NCBI GenBank assembly: GCA_039803745.1
Contig: JBDRZD010000036.1
Coordinates: forward strand, 1 to 19,002
Length of the DNA stretch: 19,002 nucleotides
Source of the DNA: a candidate division WOR-3 bacterium
GTDB lineage: Bacteria; Hydrothermota; Hydrothermia; Hydrothermales; Hydrothermaceae
Direction: 5' to 3'
This document shows positions 9,699-16,951 of this stretch, in pieces (within the stretch, counting starts at the first letter, position 1; the number at the start of each line of letters is the position of its first letter). The notes under the pieces are model-generated. The model searched no databases. It was not told the origin of the DNA and worked only from the letters and a program-made list of their open reading frames with translations. A program made the position numbers and the translations under genes.

Positions 9699-10321
9699 TG
9701 AATATATCTCTTAATCCATGGATATGGATTGCAGCAATTTTAACAATAGCAATATTTTCTTTTCTTTATAAAGATAACCCATTATATAAATTTGCAGAGC
9801 ATTTACTTGTTGGTGTTACAGTTGGATATTATATAAACATTTACTGGCATAATGCAGCATATCCATATATAATAAAACCACTTTTCTTAGAAAAACAATT
9901 CCTGACCTTGATTCCTTTTATGTTTGCAATTCTCTATTTTTCAATTTTAATTCCCAAATATTCCTATTTTATAAGATATCCAATTGGATTCTTACTTGGT
10001 GCATTAAATGGAATGGCAATTTCCCCTGAATTTAAAGAGGCAATCCTTGTTCAAGTAAAGGATACAATTTTACCTCCTTTTTCTTTTTCCTTAGAGTTTT
10101 TTAATTCATTAATTATCTTTATAGGAACACTATGTGTTTTAATTTACTTTTTCTTCTCCCTTGAACATAAAGGAGTATTGAAAGGTTTTTCAAGAATAGG
10201 AATAATATTTTTAATGATAGGTTTTGGCGCATCCTTTGGATATACTGTGATGGCAAGAATTTCCCTTTTAATTGGAAGGATTATATTCCTTTTAAAAGAT
10301 TGGCTTGGTATCATTAGATAA
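9698..10321 (+). CDS. Uncharacterised polytopic membrane protein (about 6 TM)
   Basis: 207 aa with motifs FSFLYKDNPLYKFAEHLLVG and FLMIGFGASFGYTVMARISLLIGR. AGGAGG SD; TAATG overlap with the previous gene. Confidence 0.8.
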   Translation: MNISLNPWIWIAAILTIAIFSFLYKDNPLYKFAEHLLVGVTVGYYINIYWHNAAYPYIIKPLFLEKQFLTLIPFMFAILYFSILIPKYSYFIRYPIGFLLGALNGMAISPEFKEAILVQVKDTILPPFSFSLEFFNSLIIFIGTLCVLIYFFFSLEHKGVLKGFSRIGIIFLMIGFGASFGYTVMARISLLIGRIIFLLKDWLGIIR

Positions 10322-11666
10322 GAAAGTATTCATAATAGGACTTGATGGAGTTCCTTATAATTTAATTTTTGAAGAATGGATAGATGAATTAAAGAATTTT
10401 AAAAATTTAAAAGAGGAAAGTGAGTATGGAATTTTAGAGAGTATAATTCCTCCAATAACTGTTCCTGCATGGCTTTCAATTATTACAGGTAAAACACCCG
10501 GTGAACTTGGAATTTATGGATTCAGAAACAGAAAATCCTATGAAGACTATACTCTTTCAATAACAACTTCATATGATGTTAAAGAAGATACAATATTTGA
10601 GGAAATTTCAAAAACTGGATATAAGGTGATATCCTTTGCAGTCCCACCTTCTTATCCTCCAAAACCATTAAATGGAATAAGAATCTCCTGTTTTTTAACA
10701 CCTGATTCAAAATCTCAATATGCATACCCTGAAGAAATTAAAAAAGAGATTGAAGAAAAATTTGGTGAATATATTTTTGATGTAAGAAAATTCAGAACAG
10801 ATGATAAGGAATGGCTTTTAGAGGAAATATATAAAATGACAGAACAGAGATTTGAAATTGTTAAATATTTGATGAAAAATAAGGAATGGAATTTATTCTT
10901 TTTTGTTGAAATGGGACCTGATAGAATCCATCACGGTTTCTGGAAATTTTTTGATAAAAATCACCCAAAGTATGAAAAGGGAAATAAATATGAAAAGGAA
11001 GTTAAAAAATATTACATTTATCTTGATGAAAAAATTGGAGAAGTTATAAATCTTTTGCCTGATAATTCTTATATATTTATTCTTTCTGACCATGGAGCAA
11101 AAGGAATGGAAGGAGGAATTGCAATAAATGAATGGTTAATTAAAAATGGTTTTTTAAAATTAAAGAATTATCCTGAAGAAACAAAAAGACTTGAAATCCA
11201 GAATATTGACTTTTCAAAAACTATTGCCTGGGGAGAAGGTGGTTATTATGGAAGGATTTTTTTGAATATAAAGGGAAGGGAAAAAGAAGGGATTGTGGAT
11301 AAAAAGGATTATAAGAGAATAAGAAGAGAATTAAAAGAAGAAATTGAAAAAATACCTGATGAAAAAGGAAATAAAATAAACACTTTTGCTTATTATCCTG
11401 AAGAAATATATCCTCAAATAAAAGGGATTCCTCCTGATTTAATAATTCTTTTTGGTGATTTAAAATGGAGAAGCATAGGAAGTATAGGGATAAAAAATAT
11501 ATATACCTTTGAAAATGATACAGGACCTGATGACGCAAATCATTCAATGGAAGGAATTTATTTAATAAGGTATCCCGATTTAAAAGAAAAAGGAAGAAAG
11601 GATTTAAAAATCTATGATATATATAAAATTTTAAAGAATATATTCTACGCCCCTGGAGGGACTTGA
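10305..11666 (+). CDS. Alkaline phosphatase superfamily protein (type I phosphodiesterase/nucleotide pyrophosphatase-like), probably cytoplasmic
   Basis: Motifs VFIIGLDG, PPITVPAW..IITGKTPG (Thr nucleophile region), PDRIHH, LSDHG and ANHSMEG. No signal peptide. The TTG start overlaps the previous gene, and its exact position is uncertain. Confidence 0.88.
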   Translation: MVSLDKKVFIIGLDGVPYNLIFEEWIDELKNFKNLKEESEYGILESIIPPITVPAWLSIITGKTPGELGIYGFRNRKSYEDYTLSITTSYDVKEDTIFEEISKTGYKVISFAVPPSYPPKPLNGIRISCFLTPDSKSQYAYPEEIKKEIEEKFGEYIFDVRKFRTDDKEWLLEEIYKMTEQRFEIVKYLMKNKEWNLFFFVEMGPDRIHHGFWKFFDKNHPKYEKGNKYEKEVKKYYIYLDEKIGEVINLLPDNSYIFILSDHGAKGMEGGIAINEWLIKNGFLKLKNYPEETKRLEIQNIDFSKTIAWGEGGYYGRIFLNIKGREKEGIVDKKDYKRIRRELKEEIEKIPDEKGNKINTFAYYPEEIYPQIKGIPPDLIILFGDLKWRSIGSIGIKNIYTFENDTGPDDANHSMEGIYLIRYPDLKEKGRKDLKIYDIYKILKNIFYAPGGT

Positions 11667-11722
11667 ACCCCCAACCATCTGGTCCGAAGCCAGACGCTCT
11701 TGTCCAATTGAGCTACAGGGGC
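11648..11722 (-). tRNA. tRNA-Arg (anticodon UCG), CCA not encoded
   Basis: Cloverleaf GCCCCTG-TA-GCTC..GAGC-G-TCTGG CT TCG GA CCAGA-TGGTT-GGGGG TTCAAGT CCCTC-CAGGGGC-G. Anticodon at 11687-11685. Confidence 0.95.
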
Positions 11723-11726
11723 GAAG

Positions 11727-11800
11727 GGTGGGCGAGGGGACTCGAACCCCCAGCCACCAGAGCCACAGTCTGGCGCTCTACCACTTGAGCTACGCCCACC
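11727..11800 (-). tRNA. tRNA-His (anticodon GUG) with encoded G-1, CCA not encoded
   Basis: G-GTGGGCG-TA-GCTC..GAGC-G-CCAGA CT GTG GC TCTGG-TGGCT-GGGGG TTCGAGT CCCCT-CGCCCAC-C. The G-1:C73 His identity pair is present. Confidence 0.95.
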
Positions 11801-11817
11801 AAAAATTAAAGATAATA

Positions 11818-11846
11818 ATTATAAAGAATTTATAAAAATTTTTCAA
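11818..11846 (-). promoter_or_regulatory. Putative sigma70 promoter of the tRNA pair
   Basis: Minus strand TTGAAA (11846-11841), 17-nt spacer, TATAAT (11823-11818), lying 17 nt upstream of tRNA-His. Confidence 0.65.
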
Positions 11847-11849
11847 CAT

Positions 11850-11879
11850 TTGACTTTAATTTCAGGATAAAGTTATAAT
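11850..11879 (+). promoter_or_regulatory. Putative sigma70 promoter of the pal-cpoB-tol operon
   Basis: TTGACT (11850-11855), 18-nt spacer, TATAAT (11874-11879). AGGAGG SD before the pal ATG. Confidence 0.6.
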
Positions 11880-11909
11880 TTATATTCTTAAAATTAAAAA
11901 GGAGGAAAT

Positions 11910-12371
11910 ATGAAAAAGTATATAGTGGTAGGAATGGTGATAATGACCCTTATGTGTGCAAAAAGAAAAACTGTAAAGGTTGAAGCACCAATGGAAGAAC
12001 TTCCAAAACCACCAGAAGAGGTTAAAGAAGAAGTTCCTGAAAGACCACCTCTTGTGCTTGAAACAATACATTTTGATTTTGATAAATATGATATAAGACC
12101 GGGAGATGCAGAAATTCTTAAAAGGAATGCAGAAATACTAAAGGCATATCCTGAAGTAAATGTTATAATTGAAGGACATACCTGTGATATAGGGACTGAA
12201 GAATACAATATGGGACTTGGTGAAAGAAGGGCAAAAAGTGCAAGGGATTACCTGGTTAAACTTGGAATTGATCCAAATAGACTTTCAATCATAAGTTATG
12301 GAGAAACACGCCTTATAGATCCAAATAATAAACCTATAAACAGGAGAGCAGAATTCAAAGTAAAAGAATAA
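11910..12371 (+). CDS. pal: Peptidoglycan-associated lipoprotein (OmpA C-terminal domain)
   Basis: Lipoprotein-like signal MKKYIVVGMVIMTLMC, plus IHFDFDKYDI, IEGHTCDIGTEEYNMGLGERRA, ISYGE and NRRAEF. Adjacent to the tol genes. Confidence 0.9.
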   Translation: MKKYIVVGMVIMTLMCAKRKTVKVEAPMEELPKPPEEVKEEVPERPPLVLETIHFDFDKYDIRPGDAEILKRNAEILKAYPEVNVIIEGHTCDIGTEEYNMGLGERRAKSARDYLVKLGIDPNRLSIISYGETRLIDPNNKPINRRAEFKVKE

Positions 12372-13048
12372 AAAAACTAATCTTTATATTTTTATTTTTA
12401 AGTTTTTGTGCTCCTATAAGGAATTTTAGAAATGAATTGAATCGTGTAAGAGATGAAATTGACGAGATTTATGTAAGAACACAAAAAATAGATAGTTTAC
12501 AGAAAAAAGAATATAAAGAATTAAAGGAGTTAAAAGCAGACATTACATATAGGCTTGAAACTCTTGAAAGAAAACTTTTCTCTCTTGAAACAAGATTAGA
12601 TGAAATGGAGAATTTTTTAAGGAAAGGAAAAGTTAAAAAAGAGGAAACAAAAGAAGAAGTTAAAGAAGAAAAGAATGAGGAGATGATAATTTATTCACAG
12701 GCTCTTAAAGATTATAGTGCTGGCGAATACAATTTATGTATAAGTGAATTTGAAGAATTCATAAAAAGATATCCTGAAAGTGAATATATAATAGATGCAA
12801 AATATTTTCTTGCCGATGCATATCTTTATATTCAAAATAAAGAAAAGGCTAAAACTCTTTTTGAAGAAATAGTAAGGGATTATCCTAAATCCCAAAAGGC
12901 AAAATACTCTCTTTTAAAACTTGGAAATATTTTTGAGGAAGAGGGAAATAAAGAAAAGGCTAAAAAGTATTATGAGGAAATCATAAAAAATTTTCCTGAG
13001 TCAGAAGAAGCAATAAAGGCAAAGGAAAAATTAAAGGAGATTAAATGA
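12368..13048 (+). CDS. cpoB: Tol-Pal system coiled-coil/TPR protein (CpoB/YbgF-like); start probably ATA at 12368 rather than TTG at 12437
   Basis: N-terminal coiled coil followed by TPRs (FEEFIKRYPES, AKYFLADAY, IVRDYPKS, LLKLG, IIKNFPES). The in-frame upstream extension (M)KKLIFIFLFLSFC supplies the otherwise missing signal peptide. Confidence 0.8.
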   Translation: MKKLIFIFLFLSFCAPIRNFRNELNRVRDEIDEIYVRTQKIDSLQKKEYKELKELKADITYRLETLERKLFSLETRLDEMENFLRKGKVKKEETKEEVKEEKNEEMIIYSQALKDYSAGEYNLCISEFEEFIKRYPESEYIIDAKYFLADAYLYIQNKEKAKTLFEEIVRDYPKSQKAKYSLLKLGNIFEEEGNKEKAKKYYEEIIKNFPESEEAIKAKEKLKEIK

Positions 13049-13716
13049 AAATTTTAAACTTAGATATAATTGTAAGGGGTTTTGAAACTGCAAGTCCTTT
13101 TGCAAAATTAATACTCATAATTTTATTCTTTCTTTCTGTTCTTTCTTGGGCAATATTCATTAAAAAATTTTTTGAATTTTTACTTATTAAAAAAAGGACA
13201 AGAAGTTTTATTGAAAAATTTAATGAGATTCCCTTCGAAGATTTAATAAAAAAAAATCCATTTGATTTAAAAAAGAAAATTTTACCTTCTTCTGTTTTAA
13301 AAATTGTGGTGAACGAAATTGAGAAAATAAAGGAAAACCCTGCTAAAATTGAATTATCTTCAATTCTTTTTGAAAATATTGAAAAAATTTATAAAAAAGA
13401 AATTGAAAAACTTGAAAAATATATCCCGGTTCTTGCAACAATAACAAGTGTGAGCCCATTTTTAGGGCTTCTTGGAACCGTATGGGGAATTATGGAAGCA
13501 TTCCTTGAAATAAAAAGAACAGGCTCTGCCCATATAAGTGTGCTTGCTCCTGGAATTGCAGATGCTTTGATTACCACAATTGCAGGGCTTCTTGTTGCAA
13601 TCCCATCTTTAATTTTTCACAACTATTTTATAAATGAAACAAATAAATATGATTCTCTTTGTGAAGAATTTTTAAAGGATGTAAAAATAAAAATTAAAAA
13701 ATACTTAATTCTTTAA
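13045..13716 (+). CDS. tolQ: MotA/TolQ/ExbB proton channel protein
   Basis: Motifs LATITSVSPFLGLLGTVWGIMEAF and LAPGIADALITTIAGLLVAIP. Confidence 0.92.
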   Translation: MKILNLDIIVRGFETASPFAKLILIILFFLSVLSWAIFIKKFFEFLLIKKRTRSFIEKFNEIPFEDLIKKNPFDLKKKILPSSVLKIVVNEIEKIKENPAKIELSSILFENIEKIYKKEIEKLEKYIPVLATITSVSPFLGLLGTVWGIMEAFLEIKRTGSAHISVLAPGIADALITTIAGLLVAIPSLIFHNYFINETNKYDSLCEEFLKDVKIKIKKYLIL

Positions 13717-14103
13717 ATGAAAAGAAAATTTATTTCAGAGATAAATATAACTTCCCTTGCCGATGTTAGCATTACACTTCTTGTTATATTTCTTATAACA
13801 AGCCCTCTTCTTCAAACAGGTTTTGAGGTAAATTTGCCAAAATCAAAAAAAACAGAAGAATTAAAAAAAGAAGCAATAACAATAACTTTAAGAAAAGATA
13901 AAAAAATATTTGTGGGTGAAGAGGAAGTGGAGATTTCTAAATTGCCTTTTTATCTTGAAATTCTTTCAAAAAAGGGAAAAAAGGAAGTATTCATAAAGGC
14001 TGATAAAGAACTTTCTTATGGATTTGTCATGGAAATAGTTGGGGAAATAAAAGACAAAGGGTTTGAAAGGGTTGGTTTTTTACTTGAGCCCAAAAGAGAA
14101 TGA
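13717..14103 (+). CDS. tolR: TolR/ExbD protein
   Basis: SEINITSLADVSITLLVIFLITSP (conserved TM Asp), VNLPKS and IKADKELSYGFV. Confidence 0.9.
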   Translation: MKRKFISEINITSLADVSITLLVIFLITSPLLQTGFEVNLPKSKKTEELKKEAITITLRKDKKIFVGEEEVEISKLPFYLEILSKKGKKEVFIKADKELSYGFVMEIVGEIKDKGFERVGFLLEPKRE

Positions 14104-14666
14104 TAAGGGAATTTTTGATTTCTTTTTTCTTACATGTTTTTATTATAGGTTCCTTTTACATAAAAAGAGAAAGGGAAAAAATTTATCTTCCCCAAACTGT
14201 TTTTTATATAGAAATTAAAGAAGCAGTAAGTGAAGGTAAATTATTGGAAAAAACATCCGAGGAATCAGGAATTGTGGAAAAAATAAGAGAAATCCCTAAA
14301 AGAGCAAAAAAGAAAGAGGAAAAAGTGAAGAAAGAAGGGATTCCCCACCTTTCATTAAAAGGAGGAGGAAAAGCAAAATTAAGTATAAACATACCCTATT
14401 CATATTATTTTGGAATTCTTTTACAAAAAATAAGTGAAAATTGGAATTATACCCATTTACATAAAGATACTTTAAGGGCAACAATATATTTTGTAATATT
14501 AAAAGATGGTTCGCTTCAAGATATAAGGATTGAAAAAACTTCAGGAGATTTAATTTTTGATCAATCTGCGTTAAGGGCAGTTATATTAACCAAAAGGGTT
14601 CCACCCTTGCCAGAAGAAATGAATATGGAATTCTTAAGGGTTTATCTTGAATTTGAAGTGCCGTGA
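14100..14666 (+). CDS. Short TolA/TonB-family energy transducer
   Basis: N-terminal TM with SxxxH (ISFFLHV), a Lys/Glu-rich linker and a TonB/TolA C-domain (KISENW, ILKDGSL, TSGDLIFDQSALRAV, PPLP). Lies between tolR and tolB. Confidence 0.8.
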   Translation: MIREFLISFFLHVFIIGSFYIKREREKIYLPQTVFYIEIKEAVSEGKLLEKTSEESGIVEKIREIPKRAKKKEEKVKKEGIPHLSLKGGGKAKLSINIPYSYYFGILLQKISENWNYTHLHKDTLRATIYFVILKDGSLQDIRIEKTSGDLIFDQSALRAVILTKRVPPLPEEMNMEFLRVYLEFEVP

Positions 14667-15934
14667 AAAAGATAATTTTTATAATTTTTCCGTGCATCCT
14701 TTTCTCACAAGGAGAAGTTTATTTAAAATTGAAAGGAGGAGAAGCAAAAAAACTTGATATTGGTATATTCCCTTTTGGTCTTTTTGAAAAAATCTCACCT
14801 GAATTAAAGAGGAAATTAAAGGAGGTACAAAAAGTTTTAAAAGATGACCTTGAATTTTCCCTTTACTTTAGAATTACAATTCCTGATTCAAATATCATAG
14901 AGAAAAAACATTACTCTGATTTTGCCTTCTGGAGAAATCTTGGCTGTAATATACTCTTAAGAAGTGAAACAAAAGAAAAGGATAACACTATAATAGTTGA
15001 ACTTATTGACATTGCTCTTGGAAAAAGAATCGCAAGAGAAAACTTCTCACTTTTACTTCCTGAAAGAAAATTAGCCCATAAAATAGCAAATTTTGTTGTG
15101 AAAAAATTAACAGGAGAGGATGGAATATTTGAAACATACATCGTATTTACATTTGATATAAATGAAAAAAGAGAATTATATATGATGGATTACGATGGCT
15201 ATAATATAAGAAAAATAGAGACAGAAGGTGAAAAAAAGCTCTTTCCAAGAGTTTCTCCCTGTGGTCAAAAGATAGTTTATTCAACATACATAAAAAAAGA
15301 TTTAATGGGAATTTATTTGATAGATTTAGAGAAAAGTAAAATATCCCTTTTAATATCAGAAAAGAAGGGATTAAATCTTCCAGGTGGTTTTTTCCCAAAT
15401 TCAAGGGAGATATGCATTACTTTGTCAAAAGATGGCGACCCTGAAATATATATTTTGAACATAGAGAATAGAAAATTAAAAAGGTTAACATATTCGCCCT
15501 TTATAGATATATCACCATCTGTTTCAAGCAAAGGGAATGAAATAGCCTTTGTATCTGACCGCTTGGGTTCACCCCACATTTTTATAATAGATAAGGATGG
15601 ATTAAATTTAAGAAGAATTACTTATGAGACAAGTTATAATACTTCACCAAACTGGTCACCAAGAGGAGATTTTATAGCATATGTTGCCCTTGACGAAGAA
15701 GGAAGAAATCAAATATATTTGACTGACCCATTTGGAGAAAAAACTTTCAAATTAACCTATGAGGGCTCAAATGAAGACCCCTGTTTTTCACCTGACGGAC
15801 TCCATATAGTTTTTGTTTCTACAAGGGAAGGCTCTTATGATATATATGTGATGAACTTTGATGGCTCAAATGTAAAGAGATTAACAAATATTGGCAATTG
15901 CCATTTTCCATACTGGTCAGGTATACCAAAATAA
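14663..15934 (+). CDS. tolB: TolB: N-terminal alpha/beta domain plus PD40 beta-propeller
   Basis: Signal peptide, LAHKIANFVVKKLTGEDGIFET, and repeated SPxG / IAFVSDR.G / PNWSPRG / FSPDG motifs. Confidence 0.92.
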   Translation: MKKIIFIIFPCILFSQGEVYLKLKGGEAKKLDIGIFPFGLFEKISPELKRKLKEVQKVLKDDLEFSLYFRITIPDSNIIEKKHYSDFAFWRNLGCNILLRSETKEKDNTIIVELIDIALGKRIARENFSLLLPERKLAHKIANFVVKKLTGEDGIFETYIVFTFDINEKRELYMMDYDGYNIRKIETEGEKKLFPRVSPCGQKIVYSTYIKKDLMGIYLIDLEKSKISLLISEKKGLNLPGGFFPNSREICITLSKDGDPEIYILNIENRKLKRLTYSPFIDISPSVSSKGNEIAFVSDRLGSPHIFIIDKDGLNLRRITYETSYNTSPNWSPRGDFIAYVALDEEGRNQIYLTDPFGEKTFKLTYEGSNEDPCFSPDGLHIVFVSTREGSYDIYVMNFDGSNVKRLTNIGNCHFPYWSGIPK

Positions 15935-15935
15935 T

Positions 15936-15965
15936 TTGATTTTTTATTTTTTTAAAAAATATAAT
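15936..15965 (+). promoter_or_regulatory. Putative sigma70 promoter of fabH (probably leaderless)
   Basis: TTGATT (15936-15941), 18-nt spacer, TATAAT (15960-15965). The ATG is 8 nt downstream with no SD. Confidence 0.55.
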
Positions 15966-15973
15966 TAAATTCT

Positions 15974-16951
15974 ATGAGTTTTGAAATCCTTGGTGTTTCA
16001 AGTTATGTTCCTGAAACTATCTTAACAAATTTTGACCTTGAAAAAATAGTTGAAACATCTGATGAGTGGATAACAGAAAGAACAGGAATAAAAGAGAGAA
16101 GAATTGCAAAAGATGATGAAGTTACATCTGACCTTGCAGCAAAGGCAACACTCAAACTTTTTAAAGAAATCAATTTTGATCCATTAAAAATAGATGCAAT
16201 AATATTTGCAACAGCAACTCCTGATAACTTAATTGCATCAACGGCATGCAATTTTCAAACAAAAATAGGAGCCAAAAATGCCTTTGCTTTTGATATTTCT
16301 GCTGCCTGTCCGGGATTTTTATACGGTCTTATAATTGCTGATTCCTTTTTAAGAAATGACAAAATAAATTATGTTCTGGTTGCTGGAGCAGAAACACTTT
16401 CAAGATACCTTGACTGGCTTGACCGTTCTACCTGCGTTCTTTTTGGCGATGGTGCTGGTATAATCCTTCTTAAAAAGGATAATAGCAAGAATAAAATTAT
16501 TGCCTGGGATCTTGGCGCAGATGGAAGTCTTAGAGACCTGCTTATAATGCCAGCAGGTGGAGTTTCTTTTCCATTTTCATTAGAGGCACTTGAAAAAAGA
16601 ATGTGTTATATAAAGATGAAAGGAAGAGAAGTATTTAAAAATGCAGTTTTAAAGATGCAGGAATCAACTGAAAAGGTTATTGAAATGGCAAAAATAAAAC
16701 CTTCTGAAATAGACTGGGTTATTCCTCATCAGGCAAATATAAGAATAATAGAGGCATTGAGAGAAAGACTTAATCTTCCAAAAGAAAAAGTATATGTAAA
16801 TATAGAAAAATATGGGAATACAAGCGCAGCATCAATTCCAATTGCTTTAAGGGAAATGATTGAAAAAGGACTTTTAAAGAAGGGACAGATTATATTGATG
16901 ACCTCTTTTGGAGCAGGATTTACCTGGGGAACAATCTTAATGGAATGGTAA
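15974..16951 (+). CDS. fabH: 3-oxoacyl-ACP synthase III
   Basis: Catalytic triad in DISAACPGF, IPHQANIRII and YGNTSAASIP. Also TSDEWITERTGIKERR and FGAGFTWG. Confidence 0.96.
   Translation: MSFEILGVSSYVPETILTNFDLEKIVETSDEWITERTGIKERRIAKDDEVTSDLAAKATLKLFKEINFDPLKIDAIIFATATPDNLIASTACNFQTKIGAKNAFAFDISAACPGFLYGLIIADSFLRNDKINYVLVAGAETLSRYLDWLDRSTCVLFGDGAGIILLKKDNSKNKIIAWDLGADGSLRDLLIMPAGGVSFPFSLEALEKRMCYIKMKGREVFKNAVLKMQESTEKVIEMAKIKPSEIDWVIPHQANIRIIEALRERLNLPKEKVYVNIEKYGNTSAASIPIALREMIEKGLLKKGQIILMTSFGAGFTWGTILMEW

Noticed and set aside
7166..10321. Membrane cassette as an Rnf/Nqr/Mrp/ABC/ECF complex
   Set aside because: No Fe-S, FMN-attachment, Walker or other motifs of these systems were recognised. 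Remote homology cannot be excluded without a structure search.
11648..11800. tRNAs as an integration site for a genomic island
   Set aside because: No integrase, no duplicated tRNA 3' end and no obvious compositional shift in the window.
15100..15930. Repetitive motifs in tolB, and the TPRs in cpoB, as possible DNA repeats or an array
   Set aside because: These are protein-level propeller and TPR repeats. No regularly spaced identical DNA repeats or CRISPR-like array were seen anywhere in the window.
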